A DNA stretch of 64,000 nucleotides, taken from the IMG/VR virus record IMGVR_UViG_3300045988_090087; one strand, given 5' to 3'. Under the pieces are notes generated by a model. The model searched no databases, had not been told where the DNA came from, and worked only from the letters and a program-made list of their open reading frames with translations. Position numbers and translations under genes: made by a program. Of this stretch, positions 58,099 through 64,000 are shown piece by piece. Source of the DNA: a virus. The first letter of the stretch is position 1, and each line of letters opens with the position of its first letter.

Positions 58099-58719
58099 TT
58101 ATTCATCAGTGTTATCTTTATCTTTTGGGCTATCCACATATTCAGGTTCTCTAGAATCTTGACGTTTTAAAACTTTAAAGATGTATCGACCAAGTGCTCG
58201 ATAGGCTCCATCAGTCTTAGACGCTTCTGCTTTTTTAGCTTTCTTTATAAGAATTTTAGTTTCTCTCCTACTTACAATACGTTCTCCTCCTTTTAAATTC
58301 ATTTGAGTGGATCCATCAGGGAAAAGAACATGCATAGAATATTCTTTATCATCAAAATCTTCTATTACTAGCTAATCTCCTTCTTCAATACCTGAATTAC
58401 TATTTACTTCAAGAACATACTGAACGTCATTCTCAGTAATAGGCTCTTCGGACATTGGCTGTCCCTATTTAACTGATACTACTTCCATATCATCGTCTAT
58501 AAAAATTATATCTAATGAAATGAGAGTATTCTTCATCCAATAAGATAAGTCTTGAGGTTCATCATATATAAATAACATTCCCTAATCTTCAGGTAAAGAT
58601 TCTCGACCCATTAAACCTTTTTCCTATTTTTCAGGAGTATCAGCAATCTCTACTTTATATTTTTTATCTCCTATAGTAATATCTACTAAGTTAGATTCTT
58701 TATCATTTATTTCTGCCAT
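58099..58719 (-). CDS. DUF192-family-like protein with C-terminal extension, 206 aa (TAG=Gln)
   Basis: QEKGLMGRESLPEDQGMLFIYDEPQDLSYWMKNTLISLDIIFIDDDMEVVSV matches the DUF192 pattern; RBS AAAGGAGG upstream of ATG. Confidence 0.8.
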
Positions 58720-60470
58720 TATTCTACCTCCTTTATTAGTCCAGTGTTATCTATAGTATTATGAAGAATTTCTTCAGCTAATAATTTACCTGCTTCTAAT
58801 GCAGCTTTTGCAGAACCATCTTTCATTAGCTCTTCTAGTTTATTAGTCACTGATAAATTAAAAATTATCTCGTTTCTTTCTATCTCTGCGGTCTATTCTA
58901 ACTTATCACCGTCTTTAGCAACAACTGGAATACCCTTTTTAGTAAAATCTTTATTATCCATATGATTTAATCTAGCATGTAAAGCTCCCTCAGGAATAAC
59001 ATTCATATCTCTAGAATTAACTTTTCCCCCTTCTTTAAAGGCTCTTACCTCATCTGTAATATTTAAAGAAGCTTCTGGAAATTCTTTAGATAATGCTTCA
59101 GCAATCTATTCCTATGTGAAATTAAATAAAGAAAATTCAGAAGGAGTAAATGTTTTACCATCTTCAGACCAACTTCCTCCCTAATGAAAATCATCATTAT
59201 ATTTAGATTTGGTAGAGAATAATGGATCATCATAATATCTTTCTAATTCTTTATCTATAATAGGCTCTTCTACCTTAGATTCTTCTTTTACTAATTTAGA
59301 ACCTTGTTTTGCTGACTTTATTCTTTTAGTGTATTCTTTTATAGATTTATAAGAATCAAATAATTTAGCTCCTTCTTTAGCGACTAACATTCTACCTGAG
59401 TTAGATAAATCATAACCTCCACTTATATCAGTCTAGTACTAATTATTATTAATAGAATTCATTTGATTACTTCTAATATCATTTAAATCATTTCTCTGAG
59501 CCCAATCCCACATAGTATCTTTCCAATTATTAGTTTTTGCAATAAGTCTATTAGCTCTTCTTCTAGTACCTGAATTCCATCCACTATAAGAGCCTTCTCT
59601 AGATTCGGCGTCTGCAATATCTTCCATTGCCCCACTATAACCTCCTGCTACAGAACTTTGAGCTTGTCTAGATTGCCAATCTTTACCAGTAGCAGCTATA
59701 GTTTTCTTTCCTGTAAGACCTCCAATAAGCTTAAAGGCAGCTAAACCTGCGCCTAATCCCCATCCTACTCCAGGAATCATAGAAGCTATACCTCCTACCG
59801 TATTTACTGCATTTTCCCAACCTGCTTTTCTCTAATTACCGAATGCAACCTAAATACCAGCATTAGCTAATCCTGCAATACCAGAAGCACTTCCCATAGA
59901 AGATAAAGCTCCTTTAGCTCCTGCTTTCAATCCTGAGCCTATAGCTGCTGTAGTTAGAGATTTACTAGCAGCTTTTGCAGCACCTGCAATTGCTCCTACA
60001 GCAACATTTTTTAAGGCAGAATTAGCTGCTCCACCAATCATTCTAGTAGCAACTCCATTAGAATTAATAAGTCCACTAGTTAGACCATTAATAGAGCTTT
60101 CTAAGCCAATAGAATTTCCTAATTTATTAATAGCATAAGAAGTTGCGTAATTCTATATATTAGATCCTAATTGCTACCTAAATGATGGAGTTGTATAAGC
60201 TTCCATCTACTGAAGATTCATGTTTTTCATATCAGGTCTAGTAAATCCAGACTCTGATGTTATTGTCTAAGGGACATTACTATAGCCAGTAATATTAGAA
60301 GAAAAGTTAGAAAACTAATTACTAGCCATTGAACTTATATCAGGAGTACTAAACTATAAATTCTACTAGGCAGTGATAGAGGCAATATTAGGACTAAAAG
60401 AAGAATTAGGATTAGGGAGGGACTATCCAGTGCCTCCCCCTAATTCAAATTTTTTAATTTTTTTATACAT
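58719..60470 (-). CDS. 583-aa putative virion protein (TAG=Gln)
   Basis: MYKKIKKFELGGGTGQSLPNPNSSFSPNIASIT...; Ala/Gly-rich MIGGAANSALKNVAVGAIAGAAKAASKSL; ends NTGLIKEVE*. Confidence 0.72.
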
Positions 60471-63400
60471 AACTTAGTCTATATGTTGTTAATATTCCAG
60501 TAATGATAGCTAAGTCATTTCCTGTATATCTTATCTTTATTTTTATATATTTATCTTTCATAGGAATCTACTAACGATAAGTCCATCCTGTAGTATCTAC
60601 ATTTCCTAAGTTATAAGTATTAGGTAAATCTTCATCACTAATTTCAGTTTTATCCAAATCGTTAGGAATCCAATTTAATACAATAGGTGGTTTACCATCT
60701 TTCCAAGTAGTTTCGTTCTTTTGGGCAATATTAATAGAAGGTATCTAAATATACCATTCATCTTCCTAATAATAAGAATTACCTTTTATTACTCCATGTC
60801 TAGGAATAGGTAAATTTTTAACATGAGTAGCAATATTATACTAATTTAAATCCTCATATCTAACTATTTCAGAACCTGAAAGTCTAGAATAATCCCTATC
60901 TGAAGGAGAACGCATAGAATGATAATAATCTTCTATCTCATTAACAGAATCTAATCTATTATAATATAATGGGAATATAGTAGATTTAAAATACTACTAA
61001 GGAGTTACTCCTCTTTTAGAATCATTATATAAATGATCATAAGTAATATCTGAACCTAGTTTTTGATAAGTATTTTTAGTTAATTCCTATCTATACCACA
61101 TATTAGGTTTATCTTTACTAAATTCATAGCTATCTCCATTAATTTCAAAATGGAAAGATTCAGGTTCAGCTTTATTAGATATAATCTGTAAGTTATCCCA
61201 AATTTTCTATTTTACAGAATTATCTTTTACAACAAATTCAAATTCAAATGGATGTTGTTTATTATACCAATAACAAGGTTTAATATGCTCTTGAGTATCA
61301 ATTATACCAGCCTATCCATGTTTCCAAAAATTAGTTAAAAATGCTGGAAGTTTTTTAGTAACTTCTGTCTCCTATTTATTATAGAAAAACTCTGAGAATG
61401 TAAAATACAAAGTAAAATCATAATAACCGCTATTAATTAAAGTAGGTTTATTAAAGGTATTTGTAGAACCTGATTCTTCAGTACCTAAAGTAGCTCTTAT
61501 ATTAATAGCTAATAATTTATCATTTAAGATTTTATATATTTTGTAATAACTACTTAACCCAGCCTAAGAAATATCCTAAGGAACTAAATATTCTCGTTTA
61601 TCTGTTGCTACGTTATTTTTTTCTTCCTCTGACTATCGTTTATCCCATTCTGCTAATATATCAGATATTTTAACTTCTATATAAGCTTTTCCTTCTTCAA
61701 TATTACCACTAGAATCAATATTTATATTTAATAATATCATAGATGATTTACTTACTACTGAATCTCCTTCTTGAGTAAAATACTAAAATTGCACATACTT
61801 CTCAGAATGATTTAGTCCAGGTAAAATTTCTAAGGTAATTTTTGTCTAACCTATATTTTCTGGTATATATCTATCATATATACCTTTTATAGACATTATT
61901 ACACTCATATTATTTTCTAAAGAATTAACTGGTAAGATATTAGTACTAACAACTAAACCACTTTTGCTATTACTCATCATATCATTTAATCCTAATTTTG
62001 CTATATATTTAGATACACTTCTATCAAAGGTAAAGAAAATATTATCTATATTGGCAGAATAAGATGGCAACCATGAATAAAATGTTACAAATGATTTTGT
62101 AATTTCATTATAACATAAATTCCAAGCTTTATCTTCAAATCCATATTTCTAATCATAGAAGGTAAACATTACATCATTTTTATTAGCATTATAATGAGTC
62201 TTTACATTTCTAATTCCTATAATAGGAGTTGTTTCACGTTCAGATAATGATAAATTATCTACTAAAAATTTGTTTACTTTAAAATCAGAAATTGTTTCTA
62301 AATTCTTTCCGTCAGTCCTCCAAATTTTCTTGGCTACAGTATCTACCCCATATACTGCATATGGGGTCTTCACGACGCTCTCAGCCCACTAAGAACCTAT
62401 CATATCTGAAAGTACTATCTACGGATTTTCAGGAAGAACATTTTTAGTATTAATAAAAATTGCTCCACCATCTCCTTCTCCAGTTTGTATTCGCTCATTT
62501 ACTGGTAAAAGTACCACACCATGTTCAAATACACATATAAGACTAGATCCCATAGGTACTAATTTTATAATAGAACCATATTCTTTAGTGTAGTCTACAT
62601 AGTTAGTAGATTTAAATACTCTATAACCATTTCTATAAGCATCATTTATTGATATATCAGAATATATAATACGATTCTAATAAATATTCTTTATATATGG
62701 TACTTCAGGAACATTAAAATAATATTTCTCATTTAAAGTACTCCTTAAACCATCATTATATAAATAAGATTCTGGTATTTTATTATTACCTGAAATTAAA
62801 TCCTACTAATATGGATACCAAGCTCTAGGTCTACCAAATATACCTTTTTCATTAATATTACTCTCATCAATAGAACGTATTGATAAGTTAGTAGAACTTC
62901 TTAACTTAAAGGTAATCCAACTACCAAGCTATACAGCATTTACATCTCCTCTATTTATTCTCTATAATTTTTCAGAATTATTGGCATCATAATTATTTCT
63001 CCAAGTATCTTCATCTAATATCTCATCATTATAAGGATTAGAAGAATCAGCAAAATTACGATTTAATCTATGTGTAAACGTACATAAATAACAATCTCCT
63101 CTAGCTAAAGTAGTGTACTAATAAGGGTTATCTTTATCATCTAAATGTCTCCAATCATGTATAGCAGTGTTTATATCAATCCTATCTCCTATGGAGTAAT
63201 AAGCAGTATTATCATCATAACGTATGGCGAAATAATTAGTCATCTATGATTCAGAATATCCTGGAATATAAATATTTATTATGGAATTATATAAAATATT
63301 TCCATTAGATTTTATTCCTATATAAGGAGAATAAATTCCTCTTACTAAATTTGTGGCATTAGTATCATACCTTTTATTAGATTCAATATATCTAAACTAA

Positions 63401-64000
63401 TATGCCTCTTCAGCATCTCCTAATTTACTTCTAAAAATAGTTTCATCTATAGCTACTGAAGGCACATCATCAGTTACAGATATAATCTTAGCAGAAATTT
63501 TTAAAGATTTTTGTTTATTAGATGCAGTTTTAGGATAATATAATCTATGATTAGTAGTTTTCCACTATAAATCATCATAAGCATGATTATCACCTTTTAT
63601 CACATAATTAGTTCCAGTAAATAATGAATTAAATCTAGACTAATTTAGCATAAATTCAGGACATATGGCAGTTAATATATTAGAAGAGCTATTATAATTA
63701 TTAGTTAAATATAAATGTTTATCATATTCATTAGATAATTTTCTGGAATAATTGTTATTTATAGTTTTTTTCAAAAAATCTGCTAAACTTGAAGGTCTAA
63801 GAGATTGTGGCGTTTGCTAATTTAAAAAAGACTCTATATAAACATTTTCAGCTTTGATAGCCGGGCATTGAGCTTCCTAATCATAAGGCATAGTAAAAGC
63901 CTAAGCTAATAATGTTGGATTTCTTTTCTATCTTACAAAGAACAATCCTTTGATATCATAAGTATCTTTTAAGTATTTAAGTACTACTGTAGGTACTAAA
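60463..64000 (-). CDS. Large conserved crAss-like virion protein (muzzle/tail or 'stabilization' protein-like), N-terminus off window (TAG=Gln)
   Basis: VDYTKEYGSIIKLVPMGSSLMCVFEHGVVLLPVNER...SDMIGSQWAESVVKTPYAVYGVDTVAKKIWRTDG...; ends ITGILTTYRLSYV*; open to the window edge. Confidence 0.6.

Noticed and set aside
23742-64000. Scattered short minus-strand ORFs could indicate pseudogenised or non-coding DNA
   Set aside because: Every break in the sampled stretches is TAG in one consistent frame per gene, with conserved motifs continuing across. This is recoding, not decay.
1-64000. CRISPR array, rRNA, tRNA or retroelement (DGR) features
   Set aside because: No regularly spaced direct repeats, no cloverleaf candidates and no reverse transcriptase motif noticed by eye. 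tRNAscan-SE/ARAGORN and a repeat finder would be needed to exclude them properly.

Overview
The window looks like an AT-rich crAss-like (Crassvirales) phage genome segment, assigned from gene content and motifs only. Bases 1-23690 (+ strand) hold a compact early/replication module: NrdD with an intein, thioredoxin, NrdG, YqeY-like protein, two metallophosphatases, an SF1 helicase, dUTPase, ATP-dependent DNA ligase, a zincin, a sigma-70-like factor, family A DNA polymerase, a HAD/PNKP-like phosphatase, ThyX, an AAA ATPase and a dNMP kinase. Bases 23742-64000 (- strand) hold a giant-gene module. The supplied standard-code ORF track fragments it because in-frame TAG occurs throughout. Reading TAG as Gln and stopping only at TAA/TGA rebuilds long, mostly overlapping genes: a C-terminal 1551-aa protein, a 773-aa protein with HEYMH, a ~3402-aa RNA polymerase-like protein, a 1555-aa protein with an N-terminal helicase domain, and 1540-, 637-, 1723-, 99-, 206- (DUF192-like) and 583-aa proteins, plus a large partial virion protein. 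The main findings are: (1) a code switch between the two modules; (2) a 359-nt group I intron splitting the RNAP catalytic DxDxD motif as DY|DID, with a 7-bp P1/IGS match; (3) a DNA polymerase gene split by two group I introns in motifs A and C, and an intein in NrdD, so every inserted element interrupts a catalytic motif; (4) a HExxH protein encoded inside the RNAP-associated giant-gene block; (5) an 18-bp GAAA-loop hairpin where the two convergent modules meet. Recoded genes were translated by eye, so boundaries should be re-run with genetic code 15.
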